From a virus, in the IMG/VR virus record IMGVR_UViG_3300045988_122854: a stretch of DNA of 64,000 nucleotides; one strand, given 5' to 3'. The notes below the pieces were generated by a model. It did no database searches, was not told the origin of the DNA, and worked only from the letters and a program-made list of their open reading frames with translations. The translations under genes and the position numbers were made by a program. Numbering within the stretch: position 1 is the stretch's first letter; each line of letters opens with the position of its first letter. Shown here piece after piece: positions 1 through 9,640 of the stretch.

Positions 1-20
1 CTCCAAAGTAAATGTTTTGG

Positions 21-102
21 CAAGAGGGCAGGGACTCGAACCCTGGTGGGTATTAACCGTCGGTTTTGGAGACCGATGCAATCGCCGCTATGCGACCCCC
101 TT
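21..102 (-). tRNA. tRNA with anticodon CCA (Trp-type by anticodon) and an unusually long 14-nt variable region; CCA tail encoded at 18-20
   Basis: Hand-folded cloverleaf on the minus strand. Acceptor AAGGGGG/CCCTCTT (one G-U pair). D-stem GCA/TGC with an 8-nt GG-containing D-loop. Anticodon stem TCGGT/ACCGA with loop CTCCAAA, giving anticodon CCA. T-arm CAGGG-TTCGAGT-CCCTG. Discriminator G. U8, A14 and A21 present. Confidence 0.7.
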
Positions 103-126
103 GTATAAAACAAGACCTTAACTTTG

Positions 127-196
127 TCCGGAAAATGGATTTGAACCATTAACTTAATCTTAAATGATTATGACCTAACCTTTAGTCTATTCTGGA
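127..196 (-). ncRNA. tRNA-like cloverleaf (possible pseudo-tRNA or aberrant tRNA) with a 6-nt anticodon loop and an A-C mismatch in the acceptor stem
   Basis: T-arm AATGG-TTCAAAT-CCATT is canonical. D-stem GACT/GGTC with loop AAAGGTTA. Acceptor TCCAGAA/TTCCGGA pairs 6 of 7. Anticodon stem TAATC/GATTA closes a loop ATTTAA of only 6 nt, so no anticodon can be assigned. Confidence 0.4.
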
Positions 197-220
197 AGTT
201 ATTTTGCTGTAAAGGTCTTT

Positions 221-270
221 CTTTATTTTATAAATATATTATATATTATTTTTTTAAAAATGTCAAAAAA
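221..270 (-). promoter_or_regulatory. Copy of the conserved AT-rich phage promoter (minus-strand TTGACA-N17-TATAAT) positioned to drive the tRNA / tRNA-like pair
   Basis: On the plus strand, tgtcaa lies at 261-266 and attata at 238-243 with a 17-nt spacer. Same 45-bp motif as the other copies (13716, 15205, 16860, 18985, 19340, 22120, 24185, 25800, 29150, 31695, 34660). Confidence 0.6.
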
Positions 271-273
271 TTT

Positions 274-1152
274 TTAAGCCAAACCAACATTAAGCAACTG
301 GCAAAAACCTTCTAATTGATATTCTGGCTTAAAGAAATATGGAGTAATAGATTTCGCGCAATGATCTGCGCAATTGCGCCCAGAAATCTTAAAATTATTA
401 TATCCTTTTGGTAAATAAGTATTTAAAATTTCATCCATATAAATCATATCTTTATTATCAATTTCAGGAAAAATCGCTCCATTATTTTTCATAGTGGTAC
501 AATTACGCTGAGATTCATCAATCTTTTTAAATAAACTAAAATTTGCGAAAACATTATAATGAGTATAAAGACGAGGACAATCAATAGGACAACTTTCATC
601 TGCCAGAATTTCAATTCTTCCTCTTTTATCTTCTGGAATAGAATCAAGAAGTTCCCAATTTCTATTATGACGACGCGGAAGAACGATACTTTCATAATCA
701 TCAAGTGCTTTTACAAAATCATAATCTTCTTTTGCTGCTATGATGCTTTTAGTCAATTTATAATTAGGAAACTTATCTCGAAGATAACGCTCAAGAATAG
801 GAGAATTAACAATAATTTCATTAATACCATTATCAAAAAGTTTTAACATTTCATTACAGTATCTATCATAAACATCAGTTTCCTCCAAAAGCGGATTAGT
901 TAGTGTAAAACGCAAGATAATATTATTCTTTTCATAAAAATCACGCATCGCACAGAGATAATCAATATTATGTTCTGGGCGTCCATCCATAAATCCGCCA
1001 CCATTCCAAATCATATTAGGAAGACAACCATATACATATTTTACCTTGGCTTCTGGATAAAAAGCTTCTGGAGCAATTTCTTGTAATTCAAAAAGTTTAT
1101 CATATACTTCAAGCCCGTAATAAAATTCAGGGCAATTAAAATTAATATCCAT
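274..1152 (-). CDS. Hypothetical protein, last gene of the RiPP-like operon
   Basis: Intact 292-aa ORF immediately downstream of the YcaO gene, same strand, 11-nt gap. No recognisable motif. Confidence 0.55.
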   Translation of the reverse strand: MDINFNCPEFYYGLEVYDKLFELQEIAPEAFYPEAKVKYVYGCLPNMIWNGGGFMDGRPEHNIDYLCAMRDFYEKNNIILRFTLTNPLLEETDVYDRYCNEMLKLFDNGINEIIVNSPILERYLRDKFPNYKLTKSIIAAKEDYDFVKALDDYESIVLPRRHNRNWELLDSIPEDKRGRIEILADESCPIDCPRLYTHYNVFANFSLFKKIDESQRNCTTMKNNGAIFPEIDNKDMIYMDEILNTYLPKGYNNFKISGRNCADHCAKSITPYFFKPEYQLEGFCQLLNVGLA

Positions 1153-1163
1153 ATAATCTCCTA

Positions 1164-2810
1164 TTAATAATTTTTAATCATTTCTTTAAAATCTTTACTT
1201 CTAAATATATCATACATAGGCTCTAAAATACATTTTTCTACTAAGTATTTTCTATCAGTAATATGTTTAAAATCTTCATCAGTAAAAATATAATCAAATT
1301 CTTTAAAAATTTTAATCATATCTTCTTTACTATATTTTCTACTATGAACGTATGCTAATAAAGTTAAATATTTTTTATAATAAGGATAAAAACAACTAAC
1401 TGAAATATCTAAAGAAAATTCTTGATTTTCTAACAAATATCCTGTAGCATCTACATAAAGATTTTTAACGAACATCTCATTGGGTGTTAATAATACATTC
1501 TTATTGTTATAAGCCACTAATTGATCTCCATGAGTAAGCAAGCCACAGAATCTATCTACAATTTTATCAAAAGTAATATTATAATAATCAAGACAATATT
1601 TAATTACATCATATACTTTATTCTTATTTTTAAGATAGTTCTTAATAGCTAAATGTTTATTTTTAGTTATAGAAATTGCCTCTCCTGTTTCTTTAACCTC
1701 TTGGCATCTATCAAAAAAAGATTTCCACAAGCCATCAAGATTATCTACATAAATACTAATGGCAGTGATACCATCAATTAAAGACATATCAGCACAATAA
1801 ATATCAGCTCCAATATTAGTAGCAATCTTTTTATTATGCTCTAAAATTTCGTCATTGGAATAACTTTTATCAGTATAAGATAAAAATACATCTTTATTAA
1901 CAGTATCTACAAATTTCTTATTTAAAAATAAACTCTCAGGAAAAGTATTGAGATTCGTAATACAAGAACCACCATCCATAACCATATCTTCTTTATTTAA
2001 AGAATAATATGGAGATATAACTGAAGTCTTTCTTGTATCAAAAGAAAAACAATTTTGATACATTTCAGTACAAACACGTTCAACAGCAATCTCAAAAACT
2101 GGAAAAGCACCAAAATTAATAGCTACAGTGCCACTATATTTATTAATTAAAATTGCTACCATAACAGGAACATTATAAGTTCTTGACATATCAATAATAT
2201 AAAAATTATTATTATGAGACTTAATCGCACTAATAATATTTTTTAATTTTTCATCTTTAATACTATCTATATCATAAAAATAAAAATCTTTATTATCAAT
2301 ATCAATATAAAAATTACTTAAAACATAATGCTCGAAAATTTCAGATAAGCCTTGATTTAAGGCTTCATTAAAAGTATTGCCTGCTGCCATTCCCGAACTA
2401 CCATGATAACGTTGAAGAAGACGAGGATCCATATATAAAGTTTTATTAATGTTAACTCCTTTAAATGGCACTCCAAAAAATTCATTATTATAAATAGTTT
2501 TAAAATAATCCTCTAATAAACCATTATCTTTTTTATTTAAACGATCAAAAAGTTTATATAAAAGAGTATCTTTTCCCCCAAGTGCTTCTTCATAACTTAA
2601 AGGCTTTTCATTTTTAAATAAAGAATAACCATAATTTTTTTTATTTGATTCAATTTTTTCTGCACAAAGAAAAGGATTACAAAGATAGTGCATTCCATTA
2701 CAAAAACGTTCATACATTTCCGCATAACCAGAAGCTCTAGCAAATTCTTTCGTAACACCTTTACCATAAGTCTTTAATACAAAATGTCCTTTATATTCAA
2801 GGCTTAGCAC
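1164..2810 (-). CDS. YcaO-domain protein (cyclodehydratase / amide-activating ATP-dependent enzyme family)
   Basis: N-terminal KTYGKGVTKEFARASGYAEMYERF matches the YcaO signature GKGxT...A.AS..E..ER. 548 aa, GTG start at 2810 with GGAG 4 nt upstream. The in-frame upstream stretch also looks coding, so the true start is uncertain. Confidence 0.7.
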   Translation of the reverse strand: MLSLEYKGHFVLKTYGKGVTKEFARASGYAEMYERFCNGMHYLCNPFLCAEKIESNKKNYGYSLFKNEKPLSYEEALGGKDTLLYKLFDRLNKKDNGLLEDYFKTIYNNEFFGVPFKGVNINKTLYMDPRLLQRYHGSSGMAAGNTFNEALNQGLSEIFEHYVLSNFYIDIDNKDFYFYDIDSIKDEKLKNIISAIKSHNNNFYIIDMSRTYNVPVMVAILINKYSGTVAINFGAFPVFEIAVERVCTEMYQNCFSFDTRKTSVISPYYSLNKEDMVMDGGSCITNLNTFPESLFLNKKFVDTVNKDVFLSYTDKSYSNDEILEHNKKIATNIGADIYCADMSLIDGITAISIYVDNLDGLWKSFFDRCQEVKETGEAISITKNKHLAIKNYLKNKNKVYDVIKYCLDYYNITFDKIVDRFCGLLTHGDQLVAYNNKNVLLTPNEMFVKNLYVDATGYLLENQEFSLDISVSCFYPYYKKYLTLLAYVHSRKYSKEDMIKIFKEFDYIFTDEDFKHITDRKYLVEKCILEPMYDIFRSKDFKEMIKNY

Positions 2811-3007
2811 AAGACTCCAAGTAGTTGATTGTTCTTGACGTAAAGCTTCCTCAACACAAGTAAATCCGCGTCCCTCTAAAAAGTTTTTAATATTATTAAC
2901 TGTATCAATAGGACTTATTTCTTTATAATGTTGACTATAATTATTCGTATAAACACACCCTTTTCATTTATCTTATAATTATAATACATTATTTTTTATC
3001 AAAAATC

Positions 3008-3034
3008 AATTAAAACCTACTATAAAAGTAGGTT
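3008..3034. terminator. Hairpin aaaacctac-tataa-aagtaggtttt flanked by A/T runs; likely bidirectional terminator
   Basis: Perfect 9-bp inverted repeat with T-runs on both sides. Confidence 0.4.
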
Positions 3035-3041
3035 TTAATAA

Positions 3042-3584
3042 TTATTTATTTAATTTTAATAAATAATAACAATTAGGACATAAATATTTATTATCATTTG
3101 TTTTAAAAAATGGAATATTCTATCCATTAGATTTAGACTTTAAACCACACATTTCACATATTTTATTATCCTATTGTACTATTGGAATATTTACCGTAAT
3201 ATCAGGTTCAAAAATATTAGTAAGATTATTAAATATTTTTTCACTATAATTTAAAATCAAATTTTCATCATTCTAATAATCATACTAACAAATCTAATAA
3301 CTTATCCAAATACAATCTTTTAAATTAGATAGATCTATTTTCTCTATCGGTATAATTGTATTAAAGTTTATTTCATTAACTTCTTTAAAATTTATTTTTT
3401 CTTTTAAAATATACTATACCTAATAAATAATAAATCTGTCTTTCCTAATAATACCTAACTAAAAATAAATAAATAAAACCCAAAAATCATAAATACTATT
3501 CGGATCAAACCTTAATAGAAATTCTTTTAATAAAGTCCAAAAGTCAGACTCTACCTATCCAAAATGATGATCGGTAAATCTCAT
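3042..3584 (-). CDS. Hypothetical 180-aa protein with a C-terminal zinc-ribbon-like CxxC...CxxC; contains 9 in-frame TAG codons
   Basis: Frame checked codon by codon: ATG at 3582-84 overlaps the upstream stop as TAATG; TAA at 3042-44. In-frame plus-strand cta (minus TAG) at 3555, 3459, 3420, 3414, 3294, 3285, 3273, 3171, 3120. No TAA or TGA in between. Confidence 0.5.
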
Positions 3585-3784
3585 TAGCTTTCTCCTTTAT
3601 CAGATTTATTAAAACAAAAATGTAAATATTTATTTAAATCAGGAAGATTACCTAATTTTGGAGGTACATTAAATAAATAAGGTTTATCTCCTTTAGTAAA
3701 ATCTAAAAAATTATTTAGAAGAAAATAAACTTTTTCTTTATATTCTTGATAAGTTTCAATCATAAATACTTTCTCCTTTTCCAT
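3584..3784 (-). CDS. Small hypothetical protein (66 aa)
   Basis: ORF with ATG at 3782-84; overlaps the upstream gene's stop in an ATGATTGA arrangement. Confidence 0.4.
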   Translation of the reverse strand: MEKEKVFMIETYQEYKEKVYFLLNNFLDFTKGDKPYLFNVPPKLGNLPDLNKYLHFCFNKSDKGES

Positions 3785-5852
3785 CTAAATAATTTAAAAA
3801 CCATTCATAAGTAGGCACATAACACAATTCATTATTAAGATAATTTAATAATGAATAAATTTCATTTTTAATATCATCAAAATTAGTTATACATTCTCCT
3901 CTTAAAAGATTAAACTCAATTTTCTAATTTTTAATATCTTCTATAATCTGTTTATCTAAATTACATAAATTAGGAATATTATTAAAATCTTCTTTATTAT
4001 TAGATAAATTATACATAGTATATAATATATAATAAATTAAAAGAATAATCTTTTCTAAAAAATAATTATTTTCATATCCATAAAAAGAAGAATCTAAATC
4101 ACTTATTAATTTTATTTCATTAATAATTCTATAAAGATTTCGTCTTAAAGTACTTTGTTTGCGGTTTTCATCAATATTTTCCAATTTCAAAATATCAATA
4201 AAATTAGCAAAAAATACAATTATTTTATTAATATATCCTGTAATTACCATATTAGAATTAGAATGAGATAAACAATTAGGATTATCTTCTAACTAAGTTA
4301 TATAAAGACCTAAATTCTAATCTTCTAACTCATAAGATTCACCATAAATATCGCATCTATCTAAGAATATACTATCTTCTCCAAAGAAAAATTTTGAATA
4401 TTTTATATTATTCTTATTAAGAAAATCTCTTTTAAGAATTAAATTAATCTTTTCAACTGATTTATCAGCATTAACTATTTTAAATACCCCAAAATTTTCT
4501 TTGCTATATTTTATTGAATTATATAAAATTTCTAAAACATTATCATTTGAAAATAAATCATCAGAATCCCAAAATAACACATATTTATTAAAAGAATATT
4601 CTAGTCCTAAATTGCGAGTTAGACCAGGCCCTTTTCGTTTTAAATTCTTAAAAAAGAAACAAGGAAAATTTGCTTCATCAAATACTTCAATAAGTTTTTT
4701 ATCATAGAAAGAATGGTCACTAATAAAATATACACAACAATCTTTTATAATTGTTTGGGTAGATAAATTATTATACAAATTAATAATTTGCTAATCATTC
4801 ATATTATAATAAGGTATTATAATATCCATTTTTCCATCAATAAAACGAGTAAAACATTTTTTTAAATAATAAGTATTATATCTAAATTCAATTGGGCATC
4901 TATTTTCTTTAAATAGCTAATAATTTTCTAAAAAATTTTCTTTATCATTAACTAATTTTAAATAAAAATCATAATCTCTAAAATAAGCATCTTCCATTGG
5001 AACTATAAATTCTGATTTTGTATCATAATATTTGTGCCAAATCCAAGAAGCTTCAGACATAGTCCCATCGCAATATCTACAAATATTTTTAGGTTTAAAA
5101 ATGAAATTATGTAAATCATCTAAACTATTTATATCCTCTAACTGCAAATAATCGCTTTCGTCTTCTGGGATATTTACATTATATTTCTTTCTATAAATAT
5201 CCAAGTGTGCAGAAAATGGACATATATAAATTTTATAATTTTTTAAAGTAAAACAAGGTAACTAATGCGGACATTTATGAAAATATACTTCATTTATATC
5301 AGTAGTTCCTGCTTCATTTACAAGCTATTGTCGCATAAATAATCTTGAATTATGATTAAAACCTAAACCATGACTGTCTAGATACTCTATCGCTTTATGA
5401 TCGGTATATTTTCCATAAGTAGTAACATCAAATATTACTCCCATATCTTTATATTCTTTCTCATGTTTAAAAGCATCTTGTAAATGACACCCATTGCTTA
5501 ATATTTTAATTTCCACCTTATCTTTTGGGAAAACTTCTCTAGCAATCTAACATATTTCAAATAATTTTGGATGTAAAGTAGGTTCTCCACCTAAAATCAT
5601 AAAAAGTTTTATATTTGGAATTTTTTTATAAGCAAAAGTAATCTGATTGCGGAAATCATCTAAATCAATATACCAAGGTTCTGCTAAAGGGGAAAAATGA
5701 TTACATCCTGCGCAGTTAAGATTACAATGATCTACAATATGCATTTCTAAACTAACCCCATCATAGACCGATTTCCATACTGGATTAGTATAAGGAGGAA
5801 TCCCTTGATAATTTTTAGTTCTATCTATTTCCATATTTATTCTCCAAAACAT
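3756..5852 (-). CDS. Radical-SAM (N-terminal) / family-2 glycosyltransferase (C-terminal) fusion, or two translationally fused genes, read through at least 8 in-frame TAG codons
   Basis: N-terminus has CNLNCAGC (CxxxCxxC) and GGEP. From about 4836 downward: MDIIIPYYN ... KGPGLTRNLG ... FWDSDD (GT-A fold, DxD motif). One continuous frame from ATG 5850-52 to TGA 3756-58. The only internal stops are TAG at 5547, 5325, 5262, 4917, 4791, 4317, 4293, 3924. Confidence 0.6.
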
Positions 5853-6396
5853 TTATAATATTTCTATTATAATTAACTAGTTCTTTTATTTGGTTATCTC
5901 TTTCCTACAAAAAACATCCCGTGCAAATTTCATTTATATCATTTAAATCACTATGAAAAAATTCACAACGATGTATTTTTCTATTTAACTATTCACAATT
6001 TTTATCACACTTTAAAATCTATTCTTCTTTATCGTAAATAATTGGATGTTCTTCTTCAAATCGTAAAGTTAAATATAATTTAAATTCTAATTGTCCCTAA
6101 CTTGAATATAACATTGTTCTATAAAAAATAGATTTTACTGTAGATTCAAATGTAAATTTTTGTTTTTGACTAAAAATTAACTCAATAATTTTTATATCTT
6201 TATATTCTAAATCTTTTAATTGACTATATAGATAATTTAATGAAGAATATTCTATATCATTTGAATTATTTACAATTTTGCAAAAAGTAATTTCTTTTGG
6301 AAAATTTAATCCAAAAACAATATCATTACATTCACGCTCGTCAAACTTTACTGTTCTTAGTAAAGTTTGACGAGCATTATATAAATTAATTAACAT
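5813..6396 (-). CDS. Cys-rich hypothetical protein (about 194 aa) with one in-frame TAG
   Basis: ORF 6097..6396 continues through TAG at 6097-99 into a CDKNCE...HRCEFFH...CTGCF segment. TAA at 5813. Overlaps the radical-SAM gene start by about 40 nt in another frame. Confidence 0.4.
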
Positions 6397-6704
6397 TAAT
6401 GATTACGCCAATAGCCAGGAATTTTATATCCTAAAAAATGACGATAAATTAAATAATCTTCACTCATATTAGGACCTTCGTCTTCATTACAATTATCACA
6501 ATCGCAATTATCATTATCATTAATGCTAGAATTAACAATTTTTTTAATTAAATTATCAATAAGAGAATTAACTTCTTCATTTTCTCCATTATTTTCAATC
6601 CAATTTAAATAAATTACATATAATAAATCTTTATAATCTCCAACATTAGAAAGATCAAAAGTATCATCTAAATGCTGAATTTGTTTTTTCATTTCTTCAA
6701 TCAT
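6396..6704 (-). CDS. Small acidic hypothetical protein (102 aa)
   Basis: ORF; TAATG overlap with the next gene; ATGATTGA overlap with the upstream radical-SAM gene. Confidence 0.5.
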   Translation of the reverse strand: MIEEMKKQIQHLDDTFDLSNVGDYKDLLYVIYLNWIENNGENEEVNSLIDNLIKKIVNSSINDNDNCDCDNCNEDEGPNMSEDYLIYRHFLGYKIPGYWRNH

Positions 6705-8100
6705 TATAATACCCCAACTGACGGCATAAAGTAAGCCATTTTTCTTTGTCTACTTCACTCTTAAAATAATTTTTTTCAACTGCAATTTTAGTTAATCCCA
6801 ACTCGCAATAGGTCTTTGCCAAGAAAGTTAAATGTGTTTTATGTAATTTACAAACACTTTCCCCAGGAACAAATAAATCACCTGTTGCTTCATATTGAGC
6901 GCCTAAACATCCTTTTAAACAATAAGGATCAAAAGGACAAGTCGGACAGGCAATATTCATATGTGTATTATTCATTTTAATTACACTATATACAGTAGGA
7001 TTAATCGCAGTAATACCAACTACTTTATCATCTTTTACATCAAGACGTCCACCAAGGAATTGAGGGTAAGAAGTTCTATGACAAGGCGCAAATTCAAAAC
7101 TTGCTACATAAAAACAAGTCTGGTGTGAAATCGCACAAGTGTATTCTTCACTATCCCAAGTAGAAGTTAATCCAAGAGGATCATAATTTCCAAGACAAGG
7201 TAAAGAACCTTCTTCTCCATCTCCTAAGAAAATATGTCTTGCCAATTTATCTACAGACTCACCATTTTTATGGAATCTTACTTCAAACATATGAGTTAAA
7301 AATTCAAGATAATGATCTAATTTTTCATCAGTCCATTCATCATTACGGACTTCCAAATACATAGGTTGAAAATCATGAATGTCTTCACCAGCAAGATTAT
7401 ACTTTTCATATTGTTCGTCCCACCAATCAAAATTCTTAATAGCACTCTCAATATTACTTGGAGAAATCATAGGATGAATACCACAAGGATTTCTTTGAAG
7501 AAACTCAAGAATTTTAGTATAATAGCTATCATCTTTATCGCGCTCGCGCACACTATTATAAGGTCCATCTACCGAACAAGAAAGACTTATCTCCATATTA
7601 ATAGTTTTAAATCTAGTTAAAAGCTCTTCCATTCTTTCAGCTTTTTTATCATCAGTAGCAAAACTAAAATTATTTGGCATTACGATACGAGGATGAATAT
7701 TAAAAAGATTAGGATGTTCGTCATACAATTCTTTATAATATTTAAACATTAATTCAAATATTTCAAATCCAATATCATCATAAAATAAATCTCCAGCAAA
7801 AAGTTCCATTTCATGAAATAAAACTTTTCTTTCTTTGAAAATATAATTTAAAATAATATCAGTATTATGAATTAAAGTTTTATTGTTAGCCCGCTTTTCC
7901 ATGGGGTAAAGTTTATCTCCATACCGCGCGACATAACAATATTCACATTGTTGATTGCACTCAGGTCTTATAATAAGCTCAAAAGACTCCCCATTAATCC
8001 AGTATCCTTCCTCTTGATGGTCCCTATTAAAAATATAATTATCTACAAATTTTTCAAAGTATTTATTATTATCTAACTGACAACCTTCACTAATATTCAT
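6697..8100 (-). CDS. Radical-SAM / SPASM-domain enzyme (peptide-maturase type)
   Basis: CNQQCEYC (CxxxCxxC) near the N-terminus. C-terminal CPTCPFDPYCLKGC matches SPASM CxxCx5Cx3C, with additional Cys. 467 aa. TGA stop. Confidence 0.8.
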   Translation of the reverse strand: MNISEGCQLDNNKYFEKFVDNYIFNRDHQEEGYWINGESFELIIRPECNQQCEYCYVARYGDKLYPMEKRANNKTLIHNTDIILNYIFKERKVLFHEMELFAGDLFYDDIGFEIFELMFKYYKELYDEHPNLFNIHPRIVMPNNFSFATDDKKAERMEELLTRFKTINMEISLSCSVDGPYNSVRERDKDDSYYTKILEFLQRNPCGIHPMISPSNIESAIKNFDWWDEQYEKYNLAGEDIHDFQPMYLEVRNDEWTDEKLDHYLEFLTHMFEVRFHKNGESVDKLARHIFLGDGEEGSLPCLGNYDPLGLTSTWDSEEYTCAISHQTCFYVASFEFAPCHRTSYPQFLGGRLDVKDDKVVGITAINPTVYSVIKMNNTHMNIACPTCPFDPYCLKGCLGAQYEATGDLFVPGESVCKLHKTHLTFLAKTYCELGLTKIAVEKNYFKSEVDKEKWLTLCRQLGYYND

Positions 8101-9599
8101 TAATTACTTTCTCCTCTATATTCATTCATATTTTCAGTATTTTGGAACCATTCTTCTTCAGGTTTAAGTAAATTATTTTCTCTATCTACATACATAAATA
8201 GTGCTGATTGAGTTCTTAAAGTGCCTACACTTCTTAACAACGCACTACCAGAAGAAATAAAATTATTATAAGTACAAGCATCAATTTTTGTTGCAATTAA
8301 TGCCAATCTTAATAATTTATCAGGATTATATTTGTAAATAGAATTTAATTGATTACATTCATTTAGCATTTGTAAAGTATTTACAGTTGCTTGGAACATA
8401 AATGGGAAGGAATGTGTTTTATACATATCATATTTATATATAACTTTATTAATATCTTCTTCGCTATCAGTTAAAAGATTAACACAATCAGTTTTAGTGC
8501 GACGGGTATCTTTTCTTAATTGTGCGCCAATAGTTCCATCATCTTTAACATTATTGCCATCAAGATCAAACATAAAATTCTGGCAAGACATCATAGTACC
8601 ATCATAAAGTAATTTTAATTCATTAAAATTACCGCTACAGAAATTATTTCTAGAAGCTACAGTAATTGCTTCTTGATTTCCTTCCATAACCAATTTCATC
8701 AATTCTTTTGACGTAATAGGACGATCTTCTCCAGTAAATCCATGTAAATCTGAAAATACTTCTTCATATAAATGACGATAACCAATAATGATACCAACTG
8801 GAAGATGCGGGTCATGGAAATCACTTACATCAATATTAACAAGACGTTGTAAAAAAGACTCATATTCAATGCGTTCATCAACTGATCCATCTCTTGGATT
8901 CTCAGGACAAATTGATACACTACTATTTACTTCGACTCTTTGATTAAGATTAATATCAGCGAGTTCAAAACCAAAATTATCCAAATCTTTATAATAATCA
9001 TGAACTTTTTGAATTGTATCAAGTTCATGAATTAAAGCTCCAGAAAGAACACCATGTAATTGAATAGATACATTTACATTATGAAATTTAATTTTATTTA
9101 ATTCTTTAATTACAGTTGAAGCAGTCTCAAAGATTTTTTCATTATTAGCATTTCTAATATTATTGGTTGAGTAAGTGCCATCGTAAGAAAATTGAACTTC
9201 TAAAGCAAGTTCATTATTTGCTAATTCATCAACCTTTTTAATAAAATTAACAGTTCTTTCAGGAAAATCCATCCCATTGGTAGAATAATCAATATGATTA
9301 ATATTCGGGAAATAATTAAACCAATCTTCCAAATGATCGGTAAGAAGATGCAAGGTCAATGTAGGTTCTTGACCCCATAAAGTAAAACATTCTATTTTAT
9401 ATCTGTTAAGATTTAAACGCTTAAAAATACCTTTTACATTATTTAAAAAAGTACCATCGTTTAAAGCTTTAATAGTTTCATGTTGTAAATTTGCAGAGCA
9501 ATTATTTAAAGTATTTTCAATAAGACAATATTTACAATGTAAATTACATCCACATGAAGACACTAAAGATACTGCTCTAATATCCATTTCTTTAAACAT
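8100..9599 (-). CDS. Radical-SAM enzyme (second maturase; possible twitch/SPASM-like C-terminal Cys)
   Basis: CGCNLHCKYC motif and GQEP. 499 aa. Stop and start abut the flanking genes. Confidence 0.75.
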   Translation of the reverse strand: MFKEMDIRAVSLVSSCGCNLHCKYCLIENTLNNCSANLQHETIKALNDGTFLNNVKGIFKRLNLNRYKIECFTLWGQEPTLTLHLLTDHLEDWFNYFPNINHIDYSTNGMDFPERTVNFIKKVDELANNELALEVQFSYDGTYSTNNIRNANNEKIFETASTVIKELNKIKFHNVNVSIQLHGVLSGALIHELDTIQKVHDYYKDLDNFGFELADINLNQRVEVNSSVSICPENPRDGSVDERIEYESFLQRLVNIDVSDFHDPHLPVGIIIGYRHLYEEVFSDLHGFTGEDRPITSKELMKLVMEGNQEAITVASRNNFCSGNFNELKLLYDGTMMSCQNFMFDLDGNNVKDDGTIGAQLRKDTRRTKTDCVNLLTDSEEDINKVIYKYDMYKTHSFPFMFQATVNTLQMLNECNQLNSIYKYNPDKLLRLALIATKIDACTYNNFISSGSALLRSVGTLRTQSALFMYVDRENNLLKPEEEWFQNTENMNEYRGESN

Positions 9600-9640
9600 T
9601 TATATTATAAAACTCCTTTTTCTCAAAAGAATTAAGAACG

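Noticed and set aside
60-76. Possibility that the tRNA anticodon is CUA (amber suppressor)
   Set aside because: The plus strand reads tttggag at the loop, which gives CUCCAAA and anticodon CCA. A CUA anticodon would require a sequence difference at position 35.
2811-2990. Upstream in-frame extension of the YcaO gene through TGA (possible TGA-to-Trp recoding)
   Set aside because: TGA is followed two codons later by TAA in the same frame, and TGA terminates several verified genes (6697, 3756). The extension is more likely a leader sequence.
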